Position numbers and translations under genes: made by a program
Assembly: GCF_009914755.1 (NCBI RefSeq)
Contig: NC_060928.1
Strand: one strand, 5' to 3'
DNA from: the human T2T-CHM13v2.0 reference genome, Homo sapiens
DNA: 64,000 bases
Notes under the pieces: generated by a model
The model's database searches: none
What the model saw: only the letters and a program-made list of their open reading frames with translations
Told to the model about the DNA's origin: nothing
Shown: positions 38,969-55,294 of the stretch, piece by piece
Layout of the letters: the number at the start of each line of letters is the position of its first letter
Position numbering within the stretch: the first letter of the stretch is position 1

Positions 38969-41496
38969 TAACTCTGTGTTATTTGTATTTTGTCAATCAG
39001 CATGTATTCTTTTATAATGAAAACTGACAAGTAACACCACGAGCGGGAGGCCCCACGGCGTGATGCGTGCTCCCGACAAATCTTAATCCCACTGGTTTCA
39101 GCACCTCCCAGCTCTGGAGGAGGCCCTAGAAGCGCAGCGCAGGAGCGGGTGTCAGAGTCCAGGGACATCCAGAGAAAACAGTGCCATGAACAACAAGAGA
39201 TTGACTGACAGACACCTCAACCGAACACACACAGGAGCCTTGACGAGGCCCCGGTATGCGCACGGGAAGGGCCGGGTGCGACGTGTCAGGGATGGGGGAG
39301 ACAGCCCAGCACGGACTGCATGGACGCACGGGAGGGGCCGGGAGCGGCGTGTCAGGGATGGGAGAGACAGGGACGGGAAGGGCCCAGCACGGACCACACA
39401 GCACAGCCTCACCAAATCGCGAGGATCTTCTCAGGGGCACAAACACCAGTGGCCATCATGGAATTTCTCTCAGGCTGTATAGAGTTATGAGGCTTTCTGG
39501 TCTTGACGTCTGCGACTTATTTTTAAACGGTTAGAATGGAGAGAGGGAAAGCCGCCGTGGGACACGCTCAAGTCTGGGGAACCCCATGAGCAGGAAGTGG
39601 ACAATGGACGCCCCTTGTGCTGCCTTCAACTTTTCCGCCAGTTTGACGTTTCAGAACACAACACTGAGAAACACAAGCGGCACATCCCCACAGTGTCAGA
39701 TGAAGAACTGGGGCTACCTGGCAGCATTTCCTCAGCCTGCAGGCGGCTCTGACCACCCCCAACCCCCGAGACTTCTCGGCCACGTCAAGCACCCATCCGC
39801 CACCCACGTCAGGACAACCCTGGCAACAGGCGCTGGAGGGCCGCAGAGGGGCCTGGGCCAGCTGCCAGGTGTGGCATCAAGGAAGGGCCAGGTGGGACCC
39901 CCAGGCAGAGAAGCATGGGCAGAGCCAGGGGCCCGCAGGCAGTCAGGTCTCACCCAGCTCCTCCCAGGCACAGCTGCAGAGAAGAGACCCTGCCCAACAG
40001 GGCACTGACAGGTGCAGCCGCTATATCCAAGCAGCTTACACCCCACAGTCCACCCTCCCTCACTCAGCACAGGGCTCCCCCAGCTCAGCACAGGGACACC
40101 TACCCTCAGCCCTCAGCAGTACAGAGCCCCCCGCTAAGTGCAGTCCCCCTCCATGAAGCTCAGGGCCCCCCCAACTAAATGCAGGCCCCCCACAAAGCAC
40201 GGGATGCCCCCATCCCACTAAGTGCAGTCCCCCCTCCACTAAGCACAGGGCCCCTTCCACGACGCTCAGGGCCCTGCTCAGTGCAGGGGTCCCCCCTCAG
40301 CTCAGAACCCCCTTGCTCGCCCTCCATTTCTGGACACATGCCCCTCCTGCTGCCCTCTCTGCTAACCTGCTGCCCCACCCCTACCTGTCCCTTCAGGCCT
40401 GCGCTAGCCGGCCTGCGGGAACAGCTCCTCCTGGCTGCTGAGCAGGGGCTGGCTTGTGGACGACAGATCTCACGCGGCTACAGGTGCCCTCCCCACAGGC
40501 TTCCTTCTGTGGGACTCCCTGCCTCAGTCTCCCCTGCTGCTCCCGGCCTCTCCTCTCCCCTCTCTCCCTGCCTGGGGGACAGACGCAGGGGAGTCACTAG
40601 TGTCACCACCCCCTCACCGGCCAGGCCACAGCTCTGAGGCCTCCCCGAGTGCTCGACTTCCCCTCGTCACCTGGCACAGGAGTTCTGGAGGGCATCGGCA
40701 CGAGGCAGGGCTGGGGGTGGAGCCGCCCTCCGAGGCACAGGTCTTGTTTCCCCTTTGCAGACACAGCCTGAGGCTCAGCAGGGTCAGGCCAGGTCTCCGG
40801 CCAGTCAGCGTGGGCTCCGGTGACACCAACACGACATCCCCCGCAGTCACTCACACAGACCACTCTGCCCCTAGAACTCTCCGAAAGCACCACCCCAACC
40901 CACCGGCCTCTCTTCCTGTCCTGACAAACGGACCATGGAGTCGTTGTGCCATCTTCCTGGGCTCAACCCTGATGAGGCTGGGCACCCACAGAGGGACCTG
41001 GAGTTGTCCACCTCTGCGGCCTCTCTTCTCCTTGCCAGGACCCCAGAGCCCCTGACAAGGACGGACAGCAGCACTCCTCCACCCTGCTCAACACCGCTCA
41101 TGGAAGGCCACCACGCTCCACCCCACAGGGACCCCAGAGCCCTGAGAAGGACAGACGCTCCTCCACCCCTGCTAAACACCACTCACGGAAGGCCACCACG
41201 CTCTACCCCGTGCTGCCACTGGAGACAGGCAGGATGGGAGCCCGGCTCTCTGGCTGCCCGCAGCTCCACGAGGAGACGATGCAGGTGGCCCACCGGGACA
41301 GTGGGAAGCTCACTGGGCGTCAGCGTGGGCCTCTCACAGAACTACTGTCAGAGAGCTGCCCGCGCTTCCCGCTAAGACCAACACAGCTTGAGAGAAGATG
41401 CCGGGCATGTTTCACAGCCATGCAGCTGGGTTAGGAGGCATCAAGCCGGCCTCTGCTGGGTTAGATGGCACCAAGCCGGCCTTCACAGGACGTTAC

Positions 41497-41611
41497 CTTT
41501 ACAGAGCTCTGTGAGCAAGAGGAACTCAGCCTGCCCCGTGTCTGACTCCTCTTTTCCTATAGACGCTGCAGAACAAAACTGGACAATGTTCGGGTGGCCG
41601 GAAAGCTTTTT
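41497..41611 (-). CDS. GAK: GAK exon 4 (KKLSGHPNIVQFCSAASIGKEESDTGQAEFLLLTELCK-G), 115 nt
   Basis: ctgcag|AAAAAG ... TGTAAAG|gtaacg. Confidence 0.96.
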
Positions 41612-42558
41612 CTGCAGTTGTCTTGTTAAAGGAGAACGTACATAACCATGTCCACAGTTCTGTGCACTTCAAAATAAATGTAGACAATATTAACACACTG
41701 AAGTCAGAATACTTGAATCGAACCCTTACAATTTTAGACGTCAGAGCGGAAGATGAGGGAGAGAGCAGTGGACGACCGAGAGAAAGGCAGACAGAGGCAG
41801 GAGGAGCTGCAGGAGAGGGCGGGGACAAAGGCAGGCACACCGGCCACACACACCTGACCACAGCGACACCAAAGTCCATCCCGCGCGTGGCAGGAGGAGG
41901 CAGGGCCCTCAGGGGGCTGTGCGCAGGGAGGCTGCGGCGTGGCTGTGTCCACCCGAACCCACACTCAGGCAGCCGGCGGGCTCTCCGAGTGAACAGAGCT
42001 AGGAGAGGAAAGAGAGGCAGAGTCTGAGGGCAGCCAGGGCCGAAGACTCCAGGCTCAGGAGGGACATGTGGCAGTGGACAGGGAGTGCAGCCCCCAGATC
42101 CTCTGTCAGCGCCGGGAGATGCCCCGCCCAGTCATGCTGGGACAGCCTGAGAAGGGACGAGAGGGGCGGCTGAGAAGCCACATCGGGGCCTGTGGGAGCC
42201 AGGCCATCTGCACGGCTCTCAGCCAGGTCTCCGGAGGAGCTGAGGGGGCCGGGCCGGGCAAGGGCCCCCTGTGGTAACCAGCCCATCCACTGGGCAGGGA
42301 GACCTCTTGGGTAGGAACAACTTCATTCCCAACACTTCTGAATCTTCTACTATTACCCTGGCAGTAAAAAAAAAACAGAAAAAACTGCTTCTTCCTAGAA
42401 GTCGCCTACAACTAGGTTTGGTAAAAGCAAAAAGCCGATTTTAACACATGAAAGACAACGTCACGGAGCAGCCTCTTGGCCACTGGCGGTCACAGCTTGA
42501 CGCAGGCCTGTGCCTGCCAAAGCCACCGTGCTGGCTCCTGGTTCCAGGAAAAGGATAC

Positions 42559-42618
42559 CATGAAGCAAACTTCTTGAATGATGGCTCTGTTCTTTTCCTC
42601 TTCATTGGATAATAGCCT
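42559..42618 (-). CDS. GAK: GAK exon 3 (RLLSNEEEKNRAIIQEVCFM; alphaC helix), 60 nt
   Basis: acag|AGGCTA ... TTCATG|gtatcc. Confidence 0.96.
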
Positions 42619-43430
42619 CTGTATCAGGAAACAGCACACACAAAAGATGAAAGCAAGTTTACCTTCCTACTCCACCCGATGCGTCATCTCAGACATAAGC
42701 ACGCAACAGAGCAATGCAATGTGTCTAATACAGCTCCCCCCGTTTCGTGTGTCTCCACCTCTGACCCCTGTAAAAACGTGCTGGGGGTTCAAGACCCTCA
42801 AAAGATCTTTGTGATGCAAGGACACAAGAAAAGTCAAAAGCAGGAGCCTTTCCCCAAATGGGCCAGAGTAAAATGAGACAGACAAGAAGGAAGAGCGGCA
42901 ATGCTCTGCAGACACGGGGGCAGCAGGCGTGCAGACCACGACAACAGGCCCACTCATGCCCACTCTCAAAGGCGGGGCCACCCTGGTGCCCAGCGTGGTG
43001 ACAGCAAATGGGGCCTTCTTACGTCTCAGGACAAAACTGCACAGTACAGACCCTCCCACAGTGACCCCTATTTACAGAAATGCTAGCAACAAATATTTTT
43101 TACAAGCAGCTTTTAAACTCCTTGTATTCATAGAGCCCTTATTTTGGCACATGGAGGCCAAGAGGGCATGACCCCACCATGAGGTCACCCCCAGCACAGC
43201 CCCTGCCACAGGGCAGGCAGGGCCACAGGAGTGTGAAGCCCAAAGCTGGAGACCAAGGCTCCTGCAGTGCCCAAGGCTGCTGAGATTCAGCAGAAGCAAA
43301 AGGGACAAGTATGTCCAGGCTGTAAAAGGAAACAAAGTACGTAACAGGGACGCATCCCTGAAAAGACTGTCACCAGACAGTCCCTTTACATACGTCAGAA
43401 ATCCAGAGAAGGCGTTAAATGGTTCATTAC

Positions 43431-43492
43431 CTTTAATGCATACTCTCTGCCACTCCCCACATCTTGAGCTTCATACACAAATGCAAACCCTC
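43431..43492 (-). CDS. GAK: GAK exon 2 (GFAFVYEAQDVGSGREYALK; Gly-rich loop and catalytic Lys), 62 nt
   Basis: ttttcag|GAGGG ... TTAAAG|gtaatg; read by hand, not in the ORF track. Confidence 0.96.
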
Positions 43493-43623
43493 CTGAAAAT
43501 TAAAAAGACTTGTCAGTTCAATGCTATGATTTTATTTAACATATCAGGCTTTAAAAATACCTTCACTAAGTAAAATACAAATTGACTTGTGGCGTGGCCA
43601 GCAGTTTTCTACAAAACATAATG

Positions 43624-45085
43624 GCCCCAGCGTACACGCCCCCCGCAAACACAGCCCCAGCATACATGCCCCCACACACACAGCCCCAGCGTGCACGGCC
43701 CCCCCACACACACACAGCCCCAGCGTGCACGGCCCCACACACACACAGCCCCAGCGTGCACGGCCCCACACACACACAGCCCCAGCGTGCACGGCCCCCA
43801 CACACACAGCCCCAGCGTGCACGGCCCCACACACACAGCCCCAGCGTGCACGGCCCCCACACACACACAGCCCCAGCGTGCACGGCCCCACACACACAGC
43901 CCCAGCGTGCACGGCCCCACACACACAGCCCCAGCGTGCACGGCCCCCACACACACAGCCCCAGCGTGCACGGCCCCACACATACACAGCCCCAGCGTGC
44001 ACAGCCCCCACACACACAGCCCCAGCGTGCACGGCCCCCACACACACAGCCCCAGCGTGCACGGCCCCCCCCCACACACACAGCCCCAGCGTGCACGGCC
44101 ACACACACACACAGCCCCAGAGTACAAGGCCCCACACACACAGCCTCAGCGTGCCCGGCCCCACACAAACACAGCCCCAGCGTGCACGGCCCCCACACAC
44201 ACAGCCCCAGCATGCACGGCCCCACACACAGAGCCCCACACACACACAGCCCCAGCGTGCACGGCCCCCACACACACAGCCCCAGTGTGCACGGCCCCAC
44301 ACACACACAGCCCCAGCGTGCACGGCCCCACACACACACAGCCCCAGCGTGCACGGCCACACACACACAGCCCCAGCGTGCACGGCCCCCCACACACAGC
44401 CCCAGGGTGCACGGCCCCACACACATAGCCCCAGCGTACACGGCCCCCCGCACTCAGCCCTAGCGTGCACGGCCCCACACACACAGCCCCAGCGTGCACA
44501 GCCCCACCCCCAACACACAGAGCCCCAGCATACACGGCCCCCCGCACTCAGCCCCAGCGTGCAAGGCCCCACACACAGCCCCAGCATACACGGCCCCCAA
44601 CACACACAGCCCCAGTGTGCACGGCCCCATACACACACAGCCCCAACGTACACGGCCCCCAACACACATAGCTCCAGCATGCACGGCCCCACACACACAC
44701 ACAGCCCCAGCGTGCACGGCCCCACACACACACAGCCCCAGCATATACGGCCCCCAACACACACAGCCCCAGCGTACACGGCCCCACACACACACAGCTC
44801 CAGCGTACACGGCCCCCAACACACACAGCCCCAGCGCACACGGCCCCCAACACACACAGCCCCAGCGCACACGGCCAACACACACAGTCCCAGCGTGCAC
44901 GGACCCACACACACAGCCCCAGCGTACACGGCCCCCCGCACTCAGCCCCAGCGTGCACGGCCCCACACACACAGCCCCAGTATACACGGCCCCACACACA
45001 CAGCCCCAGCATACACGGCCCCGTGCACTCAGCCCCAGCGTACATGGCCCCCCGCACTCAGCCCCAGCGTGCGCAGCCCCAGTGC
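43624..45085. repeat. Large VNTR, ~31-33-bp unit x~45
   Basis: cacagccccagcgtgcacggcccc(ca)n repeated; lies ~130 nt upstream of the exon 2 acceptor. Confidence 0.96.
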
Positions 45086-46086
45086 ATACACCACTGCCTT
45101 TCACTTCCTCTACTCCAGAGACAGACAGGAATAACCTAAGAACAGAGGTCAATAGAAGGAAAAACAAAACCACAAGCAGTTCTCCAAAGACCAACGAGAC
45201 TGATAAATTCTAGACAGACTGATCCAGAGAGAGAGGACAGATCACCAATACCCAGAACAAGAGAGGGGACCTCCTTCCCCGACGCCCAAAAGAGGAAAAG
45301 ACATAAAAGAGAATACACACCAACATCACTCACGAATGTGGACCCAAGAATTCTTCATAAAACAGCAAACCAAGCCCACCAAGACATCAGGAGCAGAGTT
45401 GGTTTAACATTTGAAAATCAATTTAATTCTATTGTTTTGGGGTCTAATTTGCTTAGTTTTCTTTTAGGTTTCTGCAGTGGAAAAACTACATCATGAAATT
45501 TAAAACTCTCAGCAAACGAGGACAGAAAGAAACCTCCCCAGCCTGATAGACGGCATCTGTGAGAGACCAACAGGAACACTGCATTTCGTGGTGCAATGTC
45601 GAATCCTCCCTTCTGAGATCAGGAAGGAGGCGGGGATCCTTGTTCTCACCACTGATGGTCGACACTGTGAGGAAGTTCTCGCCGGTGCCATCAGTCAAGA
45701 AAAAGAAATAAAAGGCATCCAGATGAAAAAAGGAGTAAAATTATTTTTATCTGCAGGTGACATGATTATCTATGCAGAAAATCTGGTGAAATCTACTAAA
45801 GAAAAGCTACCATAACAAACGCATTCAGGATGGTTGTTGGATATAAGGGCAACATACAAAAACCAACTGTGCTTCCACATGCCCAAGGTTAGGCAGTGAT
45901 TTTTTAGATATAAGCACAAAAGCAGGACCCATAAAAGAAAAATAATGATAAATGGACTTCAGGAATTTCTGCTTTTTGAAAACTGGTCAGAGGATGAAAA
46001 GATAAATCACTACTAAGTTTTGCAAATCATATACCTAATAAAGGACTTCTATCGAGAAAATATTTTAAAAATCCAAGTAACAACAA

Positions 46087-46342
46087 TTTTTTTTTCTTCT
46101 GAGACAGGGTCCTACTCTGTCACCAGGATGGAGTGCAGTGGCACTATCACAACCCACTGCCTCGACATCTGGGCTCAAGTGATCCTCCCACCTCAGCTTC
46201 CCAAGAAGCTGGGACTACAGGCATGCGTCACCACACCCGGCTAATTTTTTTATTCTTTGAAGAGACGAGGTTTCGCCAAGTTGCCCAGGCGGGTCTAGCC
46301 TCCCAAAGTGCTGGGACTACAGGTGTGAGCCACCACGCCCAG
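46087..46342 (-). mobile_element. Old Alu inserted in L1
   Basis: Antisense Alu with TSD-like aacaacaa. Confidence 0.85.
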
Positions 46343-46887
46343 AAAACAACAAAATTTTTAATGTGCAAAAGATATGAATAGACACATCACCAAAGATATA
46401 CTTGTGACAAGTACACAACGTGTCCCACCACTGCCCATTAGAGAAATGCAGACTTAAACCGCGAAGATAGGACCCCATACCTAGCAGAATACTTGACATT
46501 TAAAAACCGCCCAGACCAAGTGTCGCTGAGGATGTGGAGCGACTGGAATGCTTACGCACAGCTTTTGGAAATGGAAAATGGTACAATCACTCTGGAAAAC
46601 ATGTTGGCGATTTCTTAAAAAGGTGAACATAAATCAACAATACAGCCCTGACATTACGCTGCTGTGTATTTACCCAAGAAAAATGAAGGCACATGTGCGT
46701 AAAGAGACTTCTACACAGCAGCTTCATGTGCAATAGCCTAAAAATGGAAGCAACCCAAATGTCCATCAACAGGTGAATGAACAAATTACCCACACCTCTA
46801 ACACTACCTAGCAATAAAAAGGAGGAAACTGCTGTTACATGCAACAACATGAATAACACACGAAAAGGCAGTATGCCGAGTAAAAGA

Positions 46888-47430
46888 TGCCAGGCGAAAA
46901 AAGAGTACATACACATACATACAGTCAATGTACAGAAAACTCCAGAAAACACAAACGACCAGGCCAAAAAAAGAGAGTACATACACACATACAGTCAGTG
47001 TACAGAAAACTCCAGAAAACGCAAATGGATCTATGGTAACAGAAGGCCAATGCCAGGCCAAAAAAAGAGAGTACATACACACACATACAGTTAGTGTACA
47101 GAAAACTCTAGAAAATGCAAATGAATCTATAGTAACAGAAGGCCAATGCCAGGCCAAAAAAAGAGAGTACATACACACACATACAGTCAGTGTACAGAAA
47201 ACTCCAGAAAACACAAATGGATCTATAGTAACAGAAGGCCAATGCCATGCCAAAAAAAGAGAGTACATATACACATACAGTCAGTGTACAGAAAACTCTA
47301 GAAAACACAAATGGATCTATAGTAACAGAAGGCCAATGCCAGGCCAAAAAAAGAGAGTACATATACACATACAGTTAGTGTACAGAAAACTCTAGAAAAT
47401 GCAAATGAATCTATAGTAACAGAAGGCCAA
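46888..47430. repeat. Minisatellite, ~95-bp unit x~5.7, derived from L1 sequence
   Basis: gccaggccaaaaaaagagagtacatacac...gtacagaaaactc.agaaaa...agaaggccaat repeated. Confidence 0.92.
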
Positions 47431-48556
47431 TCAGTGGTTTCCTGGGATGGGAACAGGAAAGCAGGGCGAAGGGTTACCGTGGGGAGGAGGGAGACCGTGG
47501 CGCTGACGCACATGTTTGCTGCCTTGATTAGCGTGGCAGATACAGTGTGTGACACACACATACATACATGACATGTGCCGAAACATTTAAAACATGCAGC
47601 CTGTATATCTCATTTTTATCTCAACTGTTAAAATATTTAAATAATAAATAAATCTGTGAGGAAAAACACAGATGAAAGGAAGTAAATGGAAATCCATGAA
47701 ATAGAAAATAGAAAACAGATGGCTCCACTGCTAAATTACATCAAACACTTAAGGAAGAAATCACAACAAGCTTATAAAGTCTTTCATTAGATAGAGGAGA
47801 AGGGTTCCCAGCTCATTGCTTGAAGTTAGCATAACACTAACCAAAGAAGGGTATAAATACCAAATTAAGGAAAGAGATCACTCATTACCATAGACACAAA
47901 AAATCCTCAAGAAAATACTGGCAAATTGATTCCAGCAAAACATAATAAGGATACTACATCATGACCAGGTGGTATTCATCCCAGGAATGCAAGGTTGGTG
48001 TAACATTAAAAAATCAATCACTGTAGTAAACAACATTAGCAGAATAGGGAACACTGGATCACCAACAAAATTTAGAAACAACAACTACAAAAAACTGACT
48101 TCTAACATAAGACTTAATCGTGTTTTCTTCCTAAGATCAGAAACAAGGCAAGATGTCTGCTCTCAGCACTGTAAGCCAACATTTTACTGGAGATTCGAGT
48201 TAATGCAAGAAAGCTAGGAAAATTAATAAAAGGCATAAAGATCAAAAAGGAAAAACTAACGAAAGACAAAACTTCAGTTAGCTAGGAAGAATAAGCTCAA
48301 GAGATCCACTGTACAACACGGTGACTATACAGTTACTAACGACAGATTACATTCTGAAAAATGCCCCAAAACTGACAACTATGATGCAGTACATGTGTTA
48401 ACTAGCTAGATGTGGTCATTCCACGATGCATATATACTTCAAAACATCATAGCGTACATGACAAAGACATCAATTTTATCTGTCAATTAAAAAATATATT
48501 AAACACACAAAAAAGGAGGAACTAAAACTCCTCTCATTTTCAGATGCCATGACTGG

Positions 48557-49162
48557 AAAGACAGAAGGCTCCAAAGGCCTCAGCGCCCCATGACCTTAGA
48601 AAGGCAGAAGGCTCCAAAGGCCTCAGCGCCGCATGACCTTAGAAAGGCAGAAGGCTCCAAAGGCCTCAGCACCCCATGACCTTAGAAAGACAGAAGGCTC
48701 CAAAGGCCTCAGTGCCCCATGACCTTAGAAAGACAGAAGGCTCCAAAGGCCTCAGTGCCGCATGACCTTAGAAAGACAGAAGGCTCCAAAGGCCTCAGCG
48801 CCCCATGACCTTAGCAGGACAGAAGGCTCCAAAGGCCTCAGCGCCGCATGACCTTAGCAGGACAGAAGGCTCCAAAGGTCTCAGTGTTGCATGACCTTAG
48901 CAGGACAGAAGGCTCCAAAGGCCTCAGCGCCCCATGACCTTAGAAAGACAGAAGGCTCCAAAGGCCTCAGCGCCCCATGACCTTAGAAAGACAGAAGGCT
49001 CCAAAGGCCTCAGTGCCGCATGACCTTAGAAAGACAGAAGGCTCCAAAGGCCTCAGCACCCCATGACCTTAGCAGGACAGAAGGCTCCAAGGGCCTCAGC
49101 GCCCCATGACCTTAGAAAGACAGAAGGCTCCAAAGGCCTTCAGTGCCGCATGACCTTAGCAG
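48557..49162. repeat. Minisatellite, 43-bp unit x14
   Basis: gacagaaggctccaaaggcctcag.gcc.catgaccttag; TGACCTTA from 48591 to 49151 at 43-bp spacing. Confidence 0.95.
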
Positions 49163-49609
49163 GGCCACAGGTCTCTGGGTGCCTCCCCAGCCTCCTCCTC
49201 TCCAGCCGCACCCCGCATTTGGTTCCAAGCCACCACATTGACACAACTGCTCTTCCTCAAACGCAGCAGGCCCATTCCTGCCCAGGGCCTTCCCACACAC
49301 CACAGGCCTGGAAGGGGCCCCTGACCCTGGGCACCTCCTGGCTTGCTCCCTTGCGTCCCTCAGGAGCTGCTCCTCACCGCTTCTGCGATGCCTTCCCTAA
49401 TGCACCTGCCCATCCCAGCCACTCTTTATTAACTTGTTCCTTTTTCCTGACACTTTCTGATATCTAACATTACATCACACACTACTCGGATACCTGTTTA
49501 CCGTCTCTCTCAGCTAGACTACAAACACCATGAAGCAGAAATTTCCTCCACATTGTTTACATCTACATCCAGCACCTAAGTGGTGCCTGACCAAAAGTGT
49601 ATACTAAGG

Positions 49610-50121
<512 letters not shown>

Positions 50122-50156
50122 TCACACACAGTGCAGGGAAAGCGGAAGGAAAATGA

Positions 50157-50577
<421 letters not shown>

Positions 50578-50829
50578 CAGATACCATTTTGTTAAAAGGT
50601 TAACGTTTATTCTGGATAGTAGGACATAGGTGTTTGTTATGTTACTGTATTTTTCTGCATTTTAAAATATTTCATAATTTTTAAAGATAGTAATATCTGG
50701 ACTTGATCTCAGGACTTACTACACAGCTAAATTAATCAAGGCTATGTGGTATTGGCAGAGGGACAGATACAAAGATGACTGGAATGGAAAGAAAATCACA
50801 GAAACAGCCACACAAATCAATCCAGGTGA

Positions 50830-51207
<378 letters not shown>

Positions 51208-51769
51208 TAAATGCCAGCCACATACAGTAATTCACCAAAATAAACACGGACATAAATCTGCAACTGTGAAGGTTTAAAACTTTCAGAAAAACACAGGAGA
51301 CAAATCTTCAAGATAAAGAGCTAAGAATCCTTAGCTGTGACAAGGCGTGATTCGTAAAAGGAAAAATAAATCAGACTTCACAATGAAAAACTTTGGATCT
51401 GCAACAGACCCCGCTTTGTTTGTTTTTTTTTTTTAATTAACTGGTCTGAGTTTGCGTCCAAAAAGATCCTGTTTAGGGGACGAAAGGACAAGCTGCAGAC
51501 TAGGAACAGATACTTGAAAACCCCATGTCTACGAAGGACTTAAATCTACAATAAAGAACACTCAAAACTTGGTCAAAAAAACATAATTAGGAAGTGGGCA
51601 AAAGACATGAACAGACATTTCACCCCTGAAGATATGCAGATGGCAAAGAAGCACTCCCAAGCTATCGGGAAAATGCAAATCAAAACCACAAGGAGGTATC
51701 GCTACACATGTATCACAATGATCACAGTAAAAACCACGACGCCAAATGCTGGTGAGTACAAAGAGAAAC

Positions 51770-52428
<659 letters not shown>

Positions 52429-53108
52429 CTCCTACATTGCTGGTGGGAATGTATGGCCACTCAAGAAAACAATCTGGCAGTTTTCTAACAAACTAAACAC
52501 ATAATTACCACACATGAACCAGCAACTGCACTCTTAAACATTTATCCCAGAAATGAAAACGTATATTCACACAAAAACCTATACGCAAGTGTCACAGCAG
52601 CTTTATCTGTAGTAGCCAAAACAGGAAACAGCCCAGATGTCCTTCCACGGGTGGCTGGCTGGGCAAGCCGTGCACACTCACGCAGAGGAGTCTCACCACG
52701 GGAAACAAGCTACTGACACACAATTACCTGAAGAATTCTGCACTTCCCCTTACACTGCATCCTTCGAATGACAAAATCACAGACAGAGCAAAGACTAGAG
52801 GTTTCCAGAGGGTAAGGAAATGGCGTGGCTGAGAGGTGGCATGAGGGCTCCCTACGGGGATGGAGACTTCCACAGCCTCACCTGCACCAGGGTTAGCATC
52901 CCGACCGTCACCACTGGGGAAACCAGGCAAGGGTCTAAAATAGAAAAGATCTCCATCTTTTCTCACAGCCGCGTGGGAACCTACAATGAACTCAAAATAA
53001 TACAGTTTATTTAAAAATAATAGTAACGTATAAGACATTAAAGAATGGCATGTCGGGTACCTCCAAGACCCTGTTATATACATTTTACAGCACACACTCT
53101 GCCAATTA

Positions 53109-53412
<304 letters not shown>

Positions 53413-53525
53413 GGCAGGGAGTGGAGGGGTGGGGAGTGGAGGCACAGAGACATCAAATGCTCAAGCCAGGTCAAATCTCAAGGCCCAGGTTCCCTGAGGC
53501 AGCCTGGCCTGGGACAGCAGAGTGA

Positions 53526-53934
<409 letters not shown>

Positions 53935-54254
53935 TTGCTGAACATCATCATCAGGGAAATTCCAATGAAATCACAATGAGATCGACACCACTGCACACTC
54001 ACAAGAATGGATGTAATCAAAATGAGAGACCACAAGAAATGCTGGTGAGGAAGTGGAGAGCCAGGAACTCTCCACTGCAGCTGGTGGAAATGTAAAATGG
54101 TGCAGCTACCGTGGAAGGAGGTTTGGTTGTTTCATGTGAAGTTCAACCTAAATCCAACCTGTAAATCAGCAAACCTACTCCTTGGTATTTTTTACCCAAG
54201 ACAAAGAAAAACACACGTCCACAAAAAGACTTGAAAAAAAATGTTCTCGGCACC

Positions 54255-54730
54255 TTTATTCATAACAGCGGATACGGTTTGGATCTTTATTCATAACAGC
54301 GGACACGGTTTGGATCTTTATTCATAACAGCACATACGGTTTGGATCTGCGTCCCCATGCAAATCTCATGTTCACTTGTGACCCTCAATGTTGGAGGAGG
54401 GGCCTGGTGGGAGGTGACCGGATTATGGGGCGGAGTTCCCCATGGCGTGGCTGCTCTCAGGATAGTGAGATCTGACTGGGCCATGGGTGTGGAGTTCCTC
54501 CCGGGGCTGCTCTCAGGATAGTGAGTGCTCTCCTGTGAGATCTGATTGGGTCGTGGGGGTGGAGTTCCCCCCGGGGGGCTGCTCTCAGGATAGTGAGTGC
54601 TCTCCTGTGAGATCTGATTGGGTTGTGGTGGTGGAGTTCCCCCAGGGGCTGCTCTCAGGATAGTGAGTGCTCTCCTGTGAGATCTGATTGGGTCATGGGG
54701 GTGGAGTTCTGCCCGGGGGCTGCTCTCAGG
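54255..54730. mobile_element. MST-like MaLR LTR fragment with internal ~70-bp tandem expansion and a triplicated 31-bp junction
   Basis: ggtttggatctgcgtcccc..caaatctcatgtt...ggggcctggtgggaggtga; gctctcaggatagtgagtgctctcctgtgagatctgattgg repeated. Confidence 0.7.
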
Positions 54731-55294
54731 AGGAGGTTGCCAGGATCTGAGATCACACCCCTGTACTACAGCCTGGGCAACACAACAAGACTCTATCTCA
54801 AAAAAATAAGAATAAAAAAATAACAGGCACAGGATATGAATGTGCAATGCCAGAAGGGGAGGCTGAGCAGCAAATAAGCATTACCAAACTCGCTACTCAG
54901 AAAGGCACAAATCAAAGCTTGACACTTTTTAAACCCATCAAAATGTCCAAATAAAACAAACCCCCAGGGGACACTCTGAGGACTTGGGACACTAGAGTCT
55001 GGTGCCCCCGAGCAGCCTGCAGGCCCCATGAGCAGAGCTGGGCAACCTTCCCCCACACAGCCCACCAGCGTCCATGCAAAGGGCTGAGGACACCTCTCAC
55101 CAGGATGCGTGTAGGATGCACGGAGCACGCTGGGGACGGGACAGAGTGCCGGGGGACAGTGAGGTCAGTACAGGACCACTACAGGCAGATCTGAGTATCT
55201 TTTTTAATCAACTCGGCCTCTTTTAAGAAACAGACACTTTTCTAACGTAAAATACCACATACCAACATTTTCAATACACACATAATTCACAACA

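Larger units (their letters stand above)
45110..48550 (+). mobile_element. Old LINE-1 (L1M) ORF2/3' fragments, interrupted by an Alu and a VNTR
   Basis: Degenerate ORF2-like peptides (KEIKGIQ...[16 protein letters not shown]; [14 protein letters not shown]) and an L1 3'-UTR-like end at ~48270-48510. Confidence 0.75.

Noticed and set aside
43544-45213. Long ORFs (up to 515 aa; HTAP/CVWG-rich) on both strands
   Set aside because: These are translations of a stop-poor VNTR, open in several frames, with no protein-like complexity.
45588-48217. Reverse-transcriptase-like peptides suggesting an active retroelement
   Set aside because: They are short, frameshifted, stop-riddled old L1 remnants interrupted by an Alu and a VNTR.
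48557-49162. Regular 30-45-bp repeats here and elsewhere resembling CRISPR arrays
   Set aside because: The units are head-to-tail with no unique spacers and no cas genes, and the context is a eukaryotic intron.
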